63,424 bases of DNA, filler included, from Rhabdomonas costata (GCA_019059605.1; 41 parts of 41 records of this genome joined end to end with filler, not necessarily neighbours in it); one strand, 5' to 3'. Numbered from the whole stretch's first letter, positions 50,601 through 63,424 are shown. Notes: generated by a model not told the origin, from the sequence alone. Translations and numbers: made by a program.

Positions 50601-51451
50601 GCGCCGCAGGCGGGCGTCTTGGCTGGTCTTGCTCGCACCTGCGTCCGTTGCGTAAACTCATATCACCGGAAGAAAGTTTGCCCGGTCCTGAAGCTTCGCC
50701 ACGGCAACCACCCCCGTCTTGTGCACCCTGAGTGGAAGCAACATGAGCCCCACACAATGGAATGAGATTTGGAATACAACTCAACACTCACTCGTTTCAC
50801 GCCGCAGCGGACAAAAAAAACAAAGAGAAAACTTAAAAGCCGGCTAAAAAAAGGTGATATGGCCGTTTAGCAAGCCATCCAGGGCCGGGAAACACAATCG
50901 TGTAATCGCAATGACACATTTTAGCGAAAAAGAACAAGGAAATGGTCCCGGGAGCTGGAATGGAAGAAACACCGAAAGCTGGAGAAAACAAAACGGCTGC
51001 AGTCAATCGAGCGTGCATCCTCGGGGGGGGGGGGNNNNNNNNNNNNNNNNNNNNNNNNNNNNNNNNNNNNNNNNNNNNTTAATTAATTAANNNNNNNNNN
51101 NNNNNNNNNNNNNNNNNNNNNNNNNNNNNNNNNNTTTTGTGTTTCGCACGTAGAAGGGGCAGGCGAGAGCACGTTGTCCCCTAAAATTGGTTCACCTGCC
51201 TTTCTTAAAACTCATCCCATTCCGTCAGCTCATGTTGCTGCGAGGTTTTGGCTCGGCAGTGAGATATGATAGGTGCCCATTTATGCCCTCTCACTCAAGA
51301 TCCGGGTCAGCTTTTTTCTCCTTGTGGGCTATCACAAGCCAGGTCAGCGGTCGTTTTATTATCGCGCAAAGAAAAATAGCAATAGCAACAAGATGTTACC
51401 AGACCTGTTATTTCCTTTTTCATGCTTGAATTCGCTCACTGTACCGCCCAG

Positions 51452-51550
51452 GCCTTGTGCACGGAGCTCCGGCGGATCGAGGGGATCCTCGCGGAGGATC
51501 TCAAGGTGCTGGGGTACCGCCAGATCCACATCGATCTGGAGCCCTTCTGA
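51452..51550 (+). CDS. Terminal exon, possibly a LarE-like C-terminus
   Basis: CAG acceptor, then GC3-rich ALCTELRRIEGILAEDLKVLGYRQIHIDLEPF-stop; resembles LKxLGFxYVTLDLEGF. Confidence 0.35.
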   Translation, partial: ALCTELRRIEGILAEDLKVLGYRQIHIDLEPF

Positions 51551-54500
51551 GAAGACCCCTCCGTGGAAGAACCTGGAAGGGCAGACTCTTCCCCAGAGGC
51601 ATCCGTGAGGGTGTGGACCGGGGGGGCCATCGCGTCCTCCCCTCCTCCCCTCCACTGCCAAAGGGACTGTTTGGCCTGTGCTCTGCTTGTGGTTTGAATG
51701 TTTGGACTTTGGTTGCTACTGCTGTGTTCCCGAAGAGAAGGTGCTTCCCAGCGTCAGGTTGGGCGGCAATATCTATGACCCTTTCAATGTTGTACTTCAT
51801 ACCCCCCCCCTCCCACCGTCTCTTCCATACTGCAGCACGTGCACACGTACATACACCCACTCGCATCCACATACACACGCGCGCACACACGTTGCGCTCC
51901 CACGTCTTGCGCACCGCCAAGATCTGGTCGACTCGAAATAGAAAAAACTGTGCCCGTGCTCTGCAACTTTTTTCAAGATGGGTTCGAGATGGGTAGGAGG
52001 AGCGTTGATGGCAGGCATCCCATCCTACTCCCAAATGACCACTTTCTCGGGTGGCACTCCGAGGTTTTCAAAAGTGGGAAAGTGGGCCCTGGATTCTCAC
52101 GCCGTCTGATTACCATCGAAGGAATCGCCACCTACCCCAGGGGATACTGATCATAATCGCCTGCTTTGGCTCGAGTTTTCCAGGAAAACGACAGTATATA
52201 CCCATCAGGGGATGTAGGGTACCATACATTGGTACGTAGAATAAATAGGTCTCCCGTGTTGGTTTGCACCGCCCTCTAACCCATGCAAAAATGAAGCTTA
52301 TCGTACCGCCTCTTATCCTCACATTTTTCTATTTACTGGGTGAATCTTAGTCCGCTCGTACGCCGAGTTCCCGACCCGCTGCCTCCGCTTTTTTCATCTC
52401 CCCATGGCTCACTCCAATCTCTGCTTTTCTCAGGCTTGAGTGGTTTCCTCCACCCCCTCGCTTCGCTCGCTTCCCTTGCCCTCTCACCCTTCGGCACCTT
52501 CTGCTCTTCTTCCTCACTACAACCGCAACAATGTCCTCCAGCTGCAGCAGCTGCGGGTTGATGTCCAACAAGTACGCCGACCGNNNNNNNNNNNNNNNNN
52601 NNNNNNNNNNNNNNNNNNNNNNNNNNNTTAATTAATTAANNNNNNNNNNNNNNNNNNNNNNNNNNNNNNNNNNNNNNNNNNNNTGTTGGGTGTTCGTAAC
52701 TGCCTCCTCTCCAATTTACACGCTTACTCCGTCAATGTACAGTGCTTCAGACCCTTTTCAAAAGTTCGACCTCTAGCTCAAAAGTTCGGAGTGCCCCCCC
52801 CCCCCGTGTTGCTTACCCTTACCTTCTTTATTCTCTCCTCATGTCTACTGAGCCCGACGCCCAGCAACGGCGGGCAGAAGAAGCTCCACGTTCGGTGAGC
52901 CCTCTGGGCAAATGCGGCAAGCGTTCAAGCACTGGACTCGGATTTCACGAACGGCACCTCCACAGTGACGCATCCCTTCCACGTCACAAACCCACGCTAT
53001 TGCAGACCTGCCTAATTCCCAATTCTATTTCCCGCTGCCCTCACCGCTATTTCACCTCGCTTAAAGCGAACGAAGCTCAAGAACACGAGCTTGCAGGCAA
53101 ACGAGTCCTCCAGTCTCTACCCTTCAGACCACAACCACTCGACGCAGCGTGCTGCCTGCCTCCTCATTGTCTCAAAGAAAAGGGGGAAAGAGTGTTTTTT
53201 TTCGTGTCGGGTAAGCAAACCAACGAACTGTGAATCGGGGCGTTTTCTCTGGCACCAAAATGAGCCTCCTATAAAGTTGGATCAACTCCATAACTAGACT
53301 AGACCCCGCAGGCTTGGCCCACGCCACGTGAGGGCCCGTTGCCGGGTGCTGCCAACGCACCGCGGAGAGAAGGAAAAACGAAAGTGCTGTTCAACATAAA
53401 CTGGTCTTTTCTTTCGCGCTGGGTTGGTCAATGTACAGTGTCAAGAGTCACGGCGCCAAGAGTGCAAAGCAGCTCCCGTTGAGAGACCGAAGGAGTTCCT
53501 CGAAACTACACAGAGCACTTTCAACGACTTTGACTTCAAACAAACAGCAGTTCGCGGTTGTAATTAAGTTGGTTTTGTGACCAGACTGCCGTTCCCTATT
53601 TACCTCCTACCCGACCGAAACCCTCAACGGCCGGGGGGGGGGGGACGAGATATGGCGAACAGAGCGTGTGGAAGAACAGGACAAAGCTTTAGTCAGTCAA
53701 GGCCGTTGTTCGCTGCTCTGGCGGAAGGAAAGGAACCAGACAGCCCTCGCTGTTGGAGTCCCCTCTCCTCATGGCCGCAACACCAAAAAGGTTGCATGCC
53801 CAAGACCGTCGCTTGCTGACATGATACTCAACGTTGCGACAAAACTTCTGAGTCGTTTGAACTCTGCAAAAAGAATTCTTTTCACAAGAAGGCCTGAACA
53901 AAACAACAACGTCATTCGGCATCCGTCCAAAGGCCCCTTGGCAGGCATGGTTTGGGTCGTTCTCACGTGGCTGGTCGTCGTGTTCCTACTGGGCGTGCTC
54001 CTGGTCGTCGTGCTCCCCACTTACAAAAACAGAAATGAGTGCGTCGTCTGCGACATGCACCATGACACTTCCACCATCCCTTTTGGAGAGCCTCGCCCTC
54101 CAAACTCATCTCCCCAAGAAAGACAACCCACANNNNNNNNNNNNNNNNNNNNNNNNNNNNNNNNNNNNNNNNNNNNTTAATTAATTAANNNNNNNNNNNN
54201 NNNNNNNNNNNNNNNNNNNNNNNNNNNNNNNNGGAATCTGGACAATGCCAGAAAAGATGAAAGCAACCCGCAAACAAGAAACGGAGCCGCCCTTGTTTGC
54301 GGGTTGCTTTCATCTTTTCTGGCATTGTCCAGATTCCCAGAATCCCTATTTTCATCCCGCTTTTGCTGCCCTCTCTCCCCTGAGGGGTGCCAATTTCTCT
54401 CCAACCTTTCCTGTATTCTTACCTCTGCCCTTTTTGTTGTTGTTGTTCTGTTTTCCGCATTTGTCCAAAATGCCTGAAAGCGTACCCTCCGTAGGTTACT

Positions 54501-55863
54501 TGTGTGTGTGCGTGTGTGCGTGCGTGCGTGCGTGTTCCACTTCAGAAGGTTTCGGTTTGAATTGATCGGAAAACAAAGGCCCTTCGTGTCATCACGGTCT
54601 GTGTGGGTGTGTATGTATATCTATAGGTGCTCTTAGGAGCGTGTGTGTTCATGCACTTTCCAGCGAGTAGACACCTTTTGGTGTCACCGCCCAGGCGGTC
54701 GTATATTTGCCATCTCTGCCGCGTGCAAATGCCTTTGGCGTGCGCCTCACAATCCCGAACTCCGCTCCTGTCTTTCCTGCTAGCTTCCGATGTGATGGCC
54801 TTTCCCGACGAGTTACTGTTAGGTGACACAACGATGTGATTGTGCTTCTTGTTTACAAAGGAGAGGATGGAAGAGGTCGATACTTTTGCAAAGGATTTCG
54901 ATCTTCCCTCCTTGTGAGACCAACGAAAGTAGAGGGCCACAAAGGCGGCGCATCCTGCGCAACGCTGTGTTTGTAGTTTCGGGGGCGGGATTCAAAACGG
55001 AATCTCAATTTGGGGCATTTGTGTCGTGACAGGAAACTGTGTGCAGCCGCGCATTCCCATGAAATGCGTATCCCCATGGTACAAATGGGTTTTTCACAGA
55101 GGAAACTCATCCACCATCGAAACGGCAGTGTTTTGTCAAGTGGACGCCATAGAATGCGCAAAGTGCGGCTACCTGCAAAGTGCGGCTACTTTGCGCAGTA
55201 CGGGCAATATGCGTAGCACCTCCCAACCATACCCTACGTTGCCGTCAGCTGCGGAGCCTTCTTTCTGCCTAACTGGAGCGCTTCTTCTGCCAATACGGAG
55301 GGTGGTATTGCGAGTGTGCGAGGAGTCACGAGTTCCGGAGGGTACAAGTTAAACCAGGAAACAGCTCAGCACCCGAATAACGCGGCGCAGTTGGCTGTGT
55401 CGGGTGAGTGGCCCCAAGAACAGAAACCAACTGGATCACTGAGGAAGGCTCTTTTTGCACTGTGGCCCTCCCTTGGGGTGCGCGCTTGAGTGCGACGAAA
55501 CAGCAACCACCAGAGAAAAAAGGTAGTTCCTCGACCAACAGCAAACTAGGTAGGGTCGCTCATTTTACCAAAGTTCATATGAACGAACAGACGATTGAAA
55601 CTCGGCCTGACAGCAACCGTGCCCCCAAAGGGGACATAAGTATTTAAAGAGGTTGCCAACCACCCCAAACACACCCACCACNNNNNNNNNNNNNNNNNNN
55701 NNNNNNNNNNNNNNNNNNNNNNNNNTTAATTAATTAANNNNNNNNNNNNNNNNNNNNNNNNNNNNNNNNNNNNNNNNNNNNGTGGGTTTTGGTGGAATGC
55801 GCCCCACACCACACCCTTTAGAGTCTCGTTCACTGGTCGTTCGCCGTCTACACGCGCACCCAG

Positions 55864-56764
55864 TACTTTCGGCAAATGGCCACCTTTGCCCGGTGGGCTG
55901 GGGCGCATTCCACCATCTCCCAGCTAAATTTCTCCCAGGTCGACATCTCTTTCTGCCTGGAGCAGTACTTCCTCACCCTGGCTGACCACCATCGACACAG
56001 CACCTCACGCCTTTTTCTCTCGTCATGGGGCCACATTTCCATTGCAGGTGTGCTACCCGTTTCGCCCCAGAGCTCCCACTGATCCGCCATTTCCGGCCTT
56101 GGCCACCTGCTTTCCGCCTTCCCACATCGCACTCGCCTGTGTTTTAACCCCCTCTGGTTCCAACACCGGGGCAGTAGGCAGCTCCAACCTTTCTCATTCA
56201 CAATACGCAACAAAAAGCTCGCCTCATCTGTGATCTGCGCGTCCTTAACTCCCACTTCCGCACACTTTTTGCCGAGGCCCACACATTCCACCTCCAAACA
56301 CTTGAGCACCTTTCCCTACTGCGACTCCTATGTTTTTCACCAAGCTCGACATATCTAATTGATTTTGTTTCATCGAGATACCTGGTACTGGAGCCCTCTC
56401 CTAGCTCACACATTTGTGAAGACCACACTCTCACCACTTCGTCGCTTGTTGTCCCCTATATTGGCAATACATCGACAACATACTGCTCGCTCACCCTGAC
56501 CCATGCTTCCTTTCCTTCTGCACGAACTATGCTGTTTTCTTCTCAAAGGCAGCCGGATTTATTTTTAACACGAAGAGCAAAACCATTCCTACACGGTCGA
56601 TCACCTGGCTGGGGAAACACATTGACACGTCCACCTGCGCGCACATTCGCAACCTACCAGGACAGCTCGCAGGGCTCTTTGACGTGCTTTTCTCCGTGCT
56701 TGTGCGTGCGCACTCCACCAAACGCCTGCTTTACCTGCTTGGCATACGGCAGTGGGCAGCTGAA
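55864..56764 (+). CDS. Unknown protein; exons 55864-56047 and 56673-56764
   Basis: Phase-1 compatible GT-AG intron giving ..TISQLNFSQVDISFCLEQYF..WGHISIAG|LFDVLFSVLVRAH.. Confidence 0.5.
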
Positions 56765-57362
56765 GTCGGCATCTTGCGTCCCGCCCTGTACAACCGCACG
56801 CAACTCCCACCCACCTATTTCTTCCCGTTCAGCTTTGGCAGCCTCTCCTGCAGGCCTGCATCCTCATCACCTTCTCCGCATCTGTCAAGGCCCTTCCACT
56901 TCCTCTGACATTTCCTCCTTTTTTCGTGGATGCTGCACCACAAATCCCCTTGTTACTCGTGAGTTCAAATCACACTTCTCGCTCTCTAACATCCTGCCTT
57001 GCGCCCGCATTGGTCCTATTACAAAATCAAGCGGAGCTTTATGCTTTAGGGCACGGCACTCGACAAGAGGCCTTGCGCTCAAACAAGCGAATCTGTACTG
57101 TGACCGCCTTTTTAGCACCTGTTTCCGGTAGAGCCTCCCTCATGCACCCCATTTTCCTCCGGATTCTTCGCCGCATTTGTCGTGTCGTAAATCAGTTTTA
57201 CGTCAAAGTCGCTGTCGCGTTGACGGCATCNNNNNNNNNNNNNNNNNNNNNNNNNNNNNNNNNNNNNNNNNNNNTTAATTAATTAANNNNNNNNNNNNNN
57301 NNNNNNNNNNNNNNNNNNNNNNNNNNNNNNGGGGTGGTTTGCGATCAGCTCTCGAACCTCTC

Positions 57363-57396
<34 letters not shown>

Positions 57397-58880
57397 ACGG
57401 ATTGAATTAGTGAAGGTGTGACAGGGTGAGAGAGAGTCTGTCGCTGGAAGCGTGAAAGCGGTATCTCCATAAACTTCCATCTTGCAAAGTTCAGCGGTTG
57501 CTCGTGCCAATGCCTCTCAGTCCGAAACCGACGAAACCAACGAGGCCCAACGATCCTCTGGAAAAGTACTGCAAGGTCAGCATGGCTACACCGAACGAAG
57601 GTTGGGAAAGAACGGAGACGCCAGAAGCATTTTAATTCCGACATTTCCAACTGAGTTCACGCCCACCCATGCGCCAGCCACAATTTTCAAGATCCTTGAG
57701 CATGCGTTCCGTTGGGATGACCTTTTCTGCCTTGCAAGAGAGCTGGCGCTGCACGACAGAAGAAAGCAGCATGGGGATATTGTATTGATCGGGCTGTTTT
57801 TGTTTCCCAACCAGCCGAACTTTTCGATGACACCTTTGATCATCTGCCTGTTGGGGTTGTTACTTGTAGGTTTTGGGACCAGTAATGGGAAAGGCCATGC
57901 TGCTTCAGGAGCTGAATACCTACTACAAGACCTCGATTCTCGCCGGTGTGCGTGTCTTTAGCTGACAGGGTCCCTCCCCTCCACTTTGATCCACACAGCC
58001 TCCCTCGAGGAGGGAAGCTTGGGAAATGTTGTCAAAGCCGGTAGCAGGCAGCCTGCGTCATATTTTTCAGCGCATGTAAAGTGAGCGTCGAAAACGGGTG
58101 AGGAGTGTTCTTTGCGCAGCAAAAAGGGCGCCCTTGCGTCCGCCCAGACTAACTTGAAACGTTGGCAGAACTCGTGAATTTTGCTCGGCCGTGCCGATTG
58201 GATTGATGAAGTTTGGTGCACTTTGGCTCAGAGCGAAAATGTCAGCCAAATGTCCCAGCCAAATGTCGAACGGAGAGCGCTGGCGTATTACACCCTGGTT
58301 CACCATTTCGTGTAAATGTCCATGCGAGCAGCATGGATGATGGGATGGGGGCATCGCTTGCCTTCGTTTTTCGGTCATATAAGCAGTTCAGCATGACGGC
58401 AGATGCGCCTGCGACAGCAGCAGCTACTTGTTCGGAATTAATTTAAGCAAGTCGCTATGCAGAAATTAACTCTCAGAATGCGTTGTCATGTCTGTAATGT
58501 GGCCCTTTCAGGACAAGTTAGTATCAGGACATGATCTTGACGCCAAGTGCAGAAGCAATAGCAGTCCCACATATATTAGCTCCCCAAACTGCGTCACAAA
58601 TCCCGCGCAACTATTGCTGTGACGCACGGTAACGACGCCTGTTGACAAACTCGGTGCGTGGCAACGGCAAGAACGTTGCACCGTAATTCAAATTGGCGCC
58701 GTTGCAGATGGCTGAGTTCGAACCCGAACTATACGCTGCACCCGGGCTCGCTTCAACATTCAACGCAAATACGGAACCACNNNNNNNNNNNNNNNNNNNN
58801 NNNNNNNNNNNNNNNNNNNNNNNNTTAATTAATTAANNNNNNNNNNNNNNNNNNNNNNNNNNNNNNNNNNNNNNNNNNNN

Positions 58881-60327
58881 TTTGTTGGGTTCTCGCCGAG
58901 AGGCTGAGGTGCGGGTGATGGAGACGCGGGAATCTTCGGTTTGATCGAAGATATTCCTTCTGAAGCCTTCTGGGAGGCAGACTTTGAAGAGCTCACATCG
59001 TGAAGAGGTATGACGCTCGCACAGGCCGTTTGAGGACCATCTGCGCTCGCGTTGGATGCAGGCATCACAGGCTCCTCCGAAGAACTTTGCAGCAAAAGTT
59101 TTTCTGTACTGGGACTTTGGGCTGCTGCAGGGGTATGCGCGTCAAGGGTACTCCCGCGCTCTATCGGTGCCGCGACTTGCGCAGTTCTTTTGTGCCGGGG
59201 ACAACCGGAATCCACCTCATCGGAGGAAGGCGGTGGAGCATTTGCAGCAGCACTTGAGGCAAGCTCTTCAGCTGCGGCAGTGTCACGACGAGCCGAATTT
59301 CGGGTGGGCATCTCTCTGTCTTGCTGCTCGGCAGAGTTCTCACGCGAAGGAAAAGAAGGGCCAGTCGCACACGTGGGGTTGAGAGGGTTTACCAGACCAG
59401 GTTCCTCCGATGCTCTTACAGGAGAAAATGTTTCTTCCTGAGCGGCCGAGGTGTTCTCGCACGAAGGCACATGGTTCGATTGGGATATCGGCACTGGAGC
59501 CTGCTCCCTCTCCTCTGAAGTTGCTGCGGAACCGATCATGTTGGAACTGCCACTCCGAAGTATCGCCGTTGCGGGTTGTGGGCTTCCGAATACTCGGGTG
59601 TGGGACACCGATCGTCAGAAGCACTACTCGTGTGGGGCGAACTTCCGGAGCTGATCATAGTAGGGTTACTCGGAGGCCCAGAAGAATCGATATAAGTCGC
59701 AGGTGCTTCCAATGGAGGCATACACGCATGCACATCTGGAGCCCTGAATTGCACAGGATCGCGCGAGCAGCTCGCTTCTTGGGAAGTTTCATTGGGAAGG
59801 TGCAGTGCATCAGGCTGGTGTACGACGCACGGCGCTGTAGCTGGTAAAGGGTCGGTTGAAGCTCTTTTGGACCGAAACCTGCCTGGGGTTTTGTTTTGTA
59901 AAACCACACAACAATCGTTTTGAGTCTGCGGAGAGCGATCGGAGAGTGCACAGTCCGCAGCACTCAGCACGGCAGCATCTGCAAAGGACGTCGGCCCGGG
60001 ATTCACATCTGGCACATGTGCATCAGGATGTAGGCCACGATCCATGGGCCCACATCTGCCTTGCTCCAAAGCACCGGGGTCACGAGGGCTTTCAACGTCT
60101 GCAACCGAAACAGAAGCACCCCAGCCGGGACACGACGACCTGTCAAGGGCAGATGTTGCACCACCACCCGGTTGGGTACAAGTGCTTTCCATCAGACTAC
60201 TCTCTATTGGCAGGCCTGAGGCCGACAGGGCGACCTTTGGAGCAGGTCCCGAACCCAAGCCTTGGTCCACCCACACCTGCCAAAACGTGGCACTCCTTAC
60301 AGAAAGAGGGGGCTCATCAACCACCAC
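58881..60327 (-). CDS. Long Ser/Ala/Pro-rich low-complexity coding region with one frame change
   Basis: Two overlapping ORFs (59536-60327 and 58881-59608) of similar composition cover the whole contig. Confidence 0.4.
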
Positions 60328-61634
60328 ANNNNNNNNNNNNNNNNNNNNNNNNNNNNNNNNNNNNNNNNNNNNTTAATTAATTAANNNNNNNNNNNNNNNN
60401 NNNNNNNNNNNNNNNNNNNNNNNNNNNNGGTGGTGGGGACAGAGGGCTGAAAGAAAGATGAGCGCACACCTCTTTCTTTCAGCCCTCTGTCCCCAAATGC
60501 AAAACCACTGTACCAAAATATGGACTTCCAAGCTAGCGGTATCTCTAACCTGCCTTTGACTCAATTGGCATTTCCACTCGTCTTGTCTTGCCTGACGATG
60601 GCAGCGGTTGGTTCTTTTTTTTTGGGGTGGGGGTCTCCAACAGGGATCCACCCTTCTGTACTTTCCTTCGAACCTCAGCTCGAACCCCCAGGTGTGCGTA
60701 CCATGCGTTTGAGCCAAGCAGAAATTGTTAACCTATGGTCTTTACGTTAGGTGAGACGCATATCTCTGAATAATGCTCTCAAAAATCTGTCTTTTTTACT
60801 TGACTGGCTTGACCAGCTGCGTCTCCTTTCCAGCCCCCACAGCGCTGTTTTCCTCGGGTTTCTGTTGGTCTGTGGTCTGTGGTCTGTGTTTATTAATTTG
60901 TGCCCCATGGAGTTCCGAAGTGGTGGTCTGCCTTCTTTTCTGCCACACTCGTCTGCTTTTGGGATTACTACGGAAATAGAGACCGGGTTGGCAGGTTCCT
61001 TGCCTTGCTCGCCTTTGCGGAAGCCGTTTACTTGTGAAAAAAGCTGTGACTAGAGGTCATGGGTGCCATCCAAGAGAAAAAAAAGAAAGAAAAAGCTCCG
61101 GTCCCGTACATGAAGAAACCAAAACTGTTGAAAAAAAAGCTCCCAGTAAAAAAACTGGACGAATCCCCCTCATGCTTGCAAATCTTTCAAAGAAAAAATG
61201 CATAGTTTTAATTTTCTGCCTTTTGCTCAATCTCATTACATACCGTTTCTCTGCAGAGACTACACCACCTCGTCCTCGGGACACCGCGTCAGTTGAATAT
61301 TTCCCCTGAGCCTTCTTTGTATGACCCCTACCGCGTTTCAATCCGCATCTCTCTGTGAGGTTCTCTCTCAGTGAGTCTTTCATTACAGTTATTTCATTGT
61401 CGCTGTTGGAGGACGAAGCTGAAGCAGGCCCAGGTTCATTACAAATTTTCAGAAAAAACCGGTCAGATTCTCCATGTTCCCCCTGATCCGTCAGCCAGTG
61501 CTCGCATGTAATTTAATGCGCGGGCTTTCGTCTGAACAATTGGCACCACATGTGCCCGCATGTCCTGTTGTTTTGACTTGTTCCGAAAACTGCAATTGAA
61601 ATATTTCGAACGCGATTTTTGTCAGGCAAGGCGC

Positions 61635-61666
<32 letters not shown>

Positions 61667-61979
61667 GTCGCTCTCTCTCTCAAAATTTTCTTGCTATCCT
61701 TTGTTCAATGTGGTGCCGTCTCGAACGAACTCAACCAGCAGATTTTCGCATTGCTCTCTCCCTCCCTCCCTCCCTCTCTTCACTCGTAGGCTGCCGCCCA
61801 TCATTCAGCACGTGGAGGAGGAGGAGGAGGATCAAGAGCCCGAGGCTGAAACACCACCCCAAACACACCACACACNNNNNNNNNNNNNNNNNNNNNNNNN
61901 NNNNNNNNNNNNNNNNNNNTTAATTAATTAANNNNNNNNNNNNNNNNNNNNNNNNNNNNNNNNNNNNNNNNNNNNGGTT

Positions 61980-62175
61980 GGGTGCCATAGCCGAACTAGA
62001 ACCATATAATTATAGTACTGGGGCTCATTCAAGAACTGCATGAGAGGGATGCAGTCTCTCCGTCGCGAACACCAGCCCTTTTACTTGGCGGAGTTCGTTT
62101 GGAGGCACAATGCAAGCATCCTCAACCCCTCGATGAGCCTTTTCGAACAGATTTTGCTTCTTCTGGGCTTGTACA
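61980..62175 (+). mobile_element. Merlin/IS1595 (ISXO2-like) DDE transposase C-terminal remnant
   Basis: GCHSRTRTI*L*YWGSFKNCMRGMQSLRREHQPFYLAEFVWRHN..LFEQILLLL matches HTNTIExxWxxxKR..HLxxYLxEFxWRxN..F, but is disrupted at the catalytic Glu region. Confidence 0.78.
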
Positions 62176-63116
62176 GTGAGGACAAAACTCTTCTGGACAA
62201 TCTCTCTCCCTCAATGACATTTAGATCCCAGCGGCTTTTCCTTCTGTGGTACACTTTTGGAGTTGTGCCAAACATATATACTGTCCCAGTCACCCAAACC
62301 AAAGGCGCTTGGAAATTGCTTTCACGAACCCTCTGGTCGCTCATTCAACCCAACTAAAGGGGGGGGGGACAGTTAGCCCCAAGTTGCCCAGTCACAGAAT
62401 AACGTGCACTGCAACCTCCTATTCAGGGCTACACTGTTCAGCTTTCCGCCCCGTACTCGTCGGGCTCTGCTTTGACCTGGGTGCCCAGAGTCACAGCTAC
62501 TCCTCGTTTGACCATCCAAATAGCTCGCAATCGCCAAGCATAACTTTTGGTTATAAGCTGACAAGCACTTCTCTCCGAGGTTGATTCTATGGGAGGTCAA
62601 GGTGCAGCTCGATCCCTGCAGATGCAGAATGCAGACACAGCGGAACACAGTTAGTTTGGGAAGCAGAGGAAATGCCTCCAGACTTGACAAATGTACAAAG
62701 AGGGAATGACAAGGTGTGAAGAGCAGCTGAATCGATGTCCAGGCCTGCACACCAAAGAGAGAGTCTGTACACAAAGAAGAGGAGAGGGGGGGGGCTAACT
62801 ACGGCAAAAGAGCACACGACACAACAGTGTCAACGCTGATTGCTCAAACCATGAAAAAAATTCAAAACAGTCGCCGAAAAAAGCGGCCAGTGGAAAACAC
62901 ACACATACTCGCACGGTCTCCTGGGTGAGACCAAAGCAACTCTAGGAAAGGTCAGCCCACAACGCACTCCTCGGAAAAAGAGCGCGGTGTAGGTCTACAG
63001 AACCGCCATCTCAGGGGATGAAAAGCTTCGTCACGAAACTCTTCGCCACCAAGTGCAAGTCGTGTGAAGGGCCTCACTGATCAGGCAGGAAGACAACTCT
63101 ACAAAAAGAGCTAAAA

Positions 63117-63184
63117 AAAATAAAGAGGAACACCACGTTTCCTGTCACGGAAAATAAAGAGGAACACCACGTTTCCTGTCACGG
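63117..63184. repeat. Perfect 34-nt tandem duplication
   Basis: AAAATAAAGAGGAACACCACGTTTCCTGTCACGG twice. Confidence 0.92.
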
Positions 63185-63210
63185 CCGGAGACAGAGGGGC
63201 AGCAGATCCA

Positions 63211-63417
63211 CTAGACAAATCGAAGTGTGTTCAGCAGCAGATCGACGGTGACGTCCAGCGGGCTCGGAGACACGCAGAAGTGCAAGCAGTCCATGGAGTG
63301 GCGGTGACTCACCTTACGCTTCATGGTGTGCATGTCGGGTCGGAGCATTAGCAGAGCGGCCTGGTCCAGCAGCACATGGTTCGGCCTCCACTTGAGCTGC
63401 GTGGTAGTACACCACAC
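63211..63417 (-). CDS. Terminal coding segment of an unknown gene
   Basis: GC3-rich ORF ending ..PSPLDVTVDLLLNTLRFV-stop. Family not recognised. Confidence 0.45.
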   Translation of the reverse strand: MWCTTTQLKWRPNHVLLDQAALLMLRPDMHTMKRKVSHRHSMDCLHFCVSPSPLDVTVDLLLNTLRFV

Positions 63418-63424
63418 ACGTACA

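Noticed and set aside
58700..58750. tRNA or tRNA-derived SINE (GTTCGAACC)
   Set aside because: The T-arm stem does not pair on either strand and no cloverleaf forms

Overview
This window is not one locus. It is 41 unrelated contigs of about 1.45 kb joined by artificial 100-nt linkers (N44-TTAATTAATTAA-N44), so nothing can be inferred across linkers and most ORF-track entries are spurious. Many contigs begin with G/T-only and end with C/A-only tails, and six have terminal fold-back hairpins, which suggests whole-genome amplification. The DNA is from an intron-rich eukaryote, probably a euglenozoan such as a euglenid (inference from a trypanosome-type adenylyl cyclase plus dense cis-spliced introns). 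Recognisable exon fragments encode a VIT-vWA protein, MAP2K, CDC20, two class III cyclases, an APC7-like TPR protein, a PPPDE peptidase, transketolase, ABCD transporter, YJU2, RNase II, FCP1-type phosphatase, SRPK, an LRR protein, MaoC-like dehydratase, myotubularin and THEM6-like thioesterase. Decayed mobile elements include RLE-type and possible APE-type LINEs, an LTR gag/protease and a Merlin transposase. The most notable signals are roughly 17-20% GC-AG introns with degenerate GT donors, a candidate non-canonical intron in the APC7-like gene, a ~150-190 nt dispersed repeat in four contigs, opposite-strand interleaved exons of two genes, interleaved inverted repeats and a possible LarE C-terminus. 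All family calls are motif recognition by eye, not database results. I cannot support a complete new biological system.
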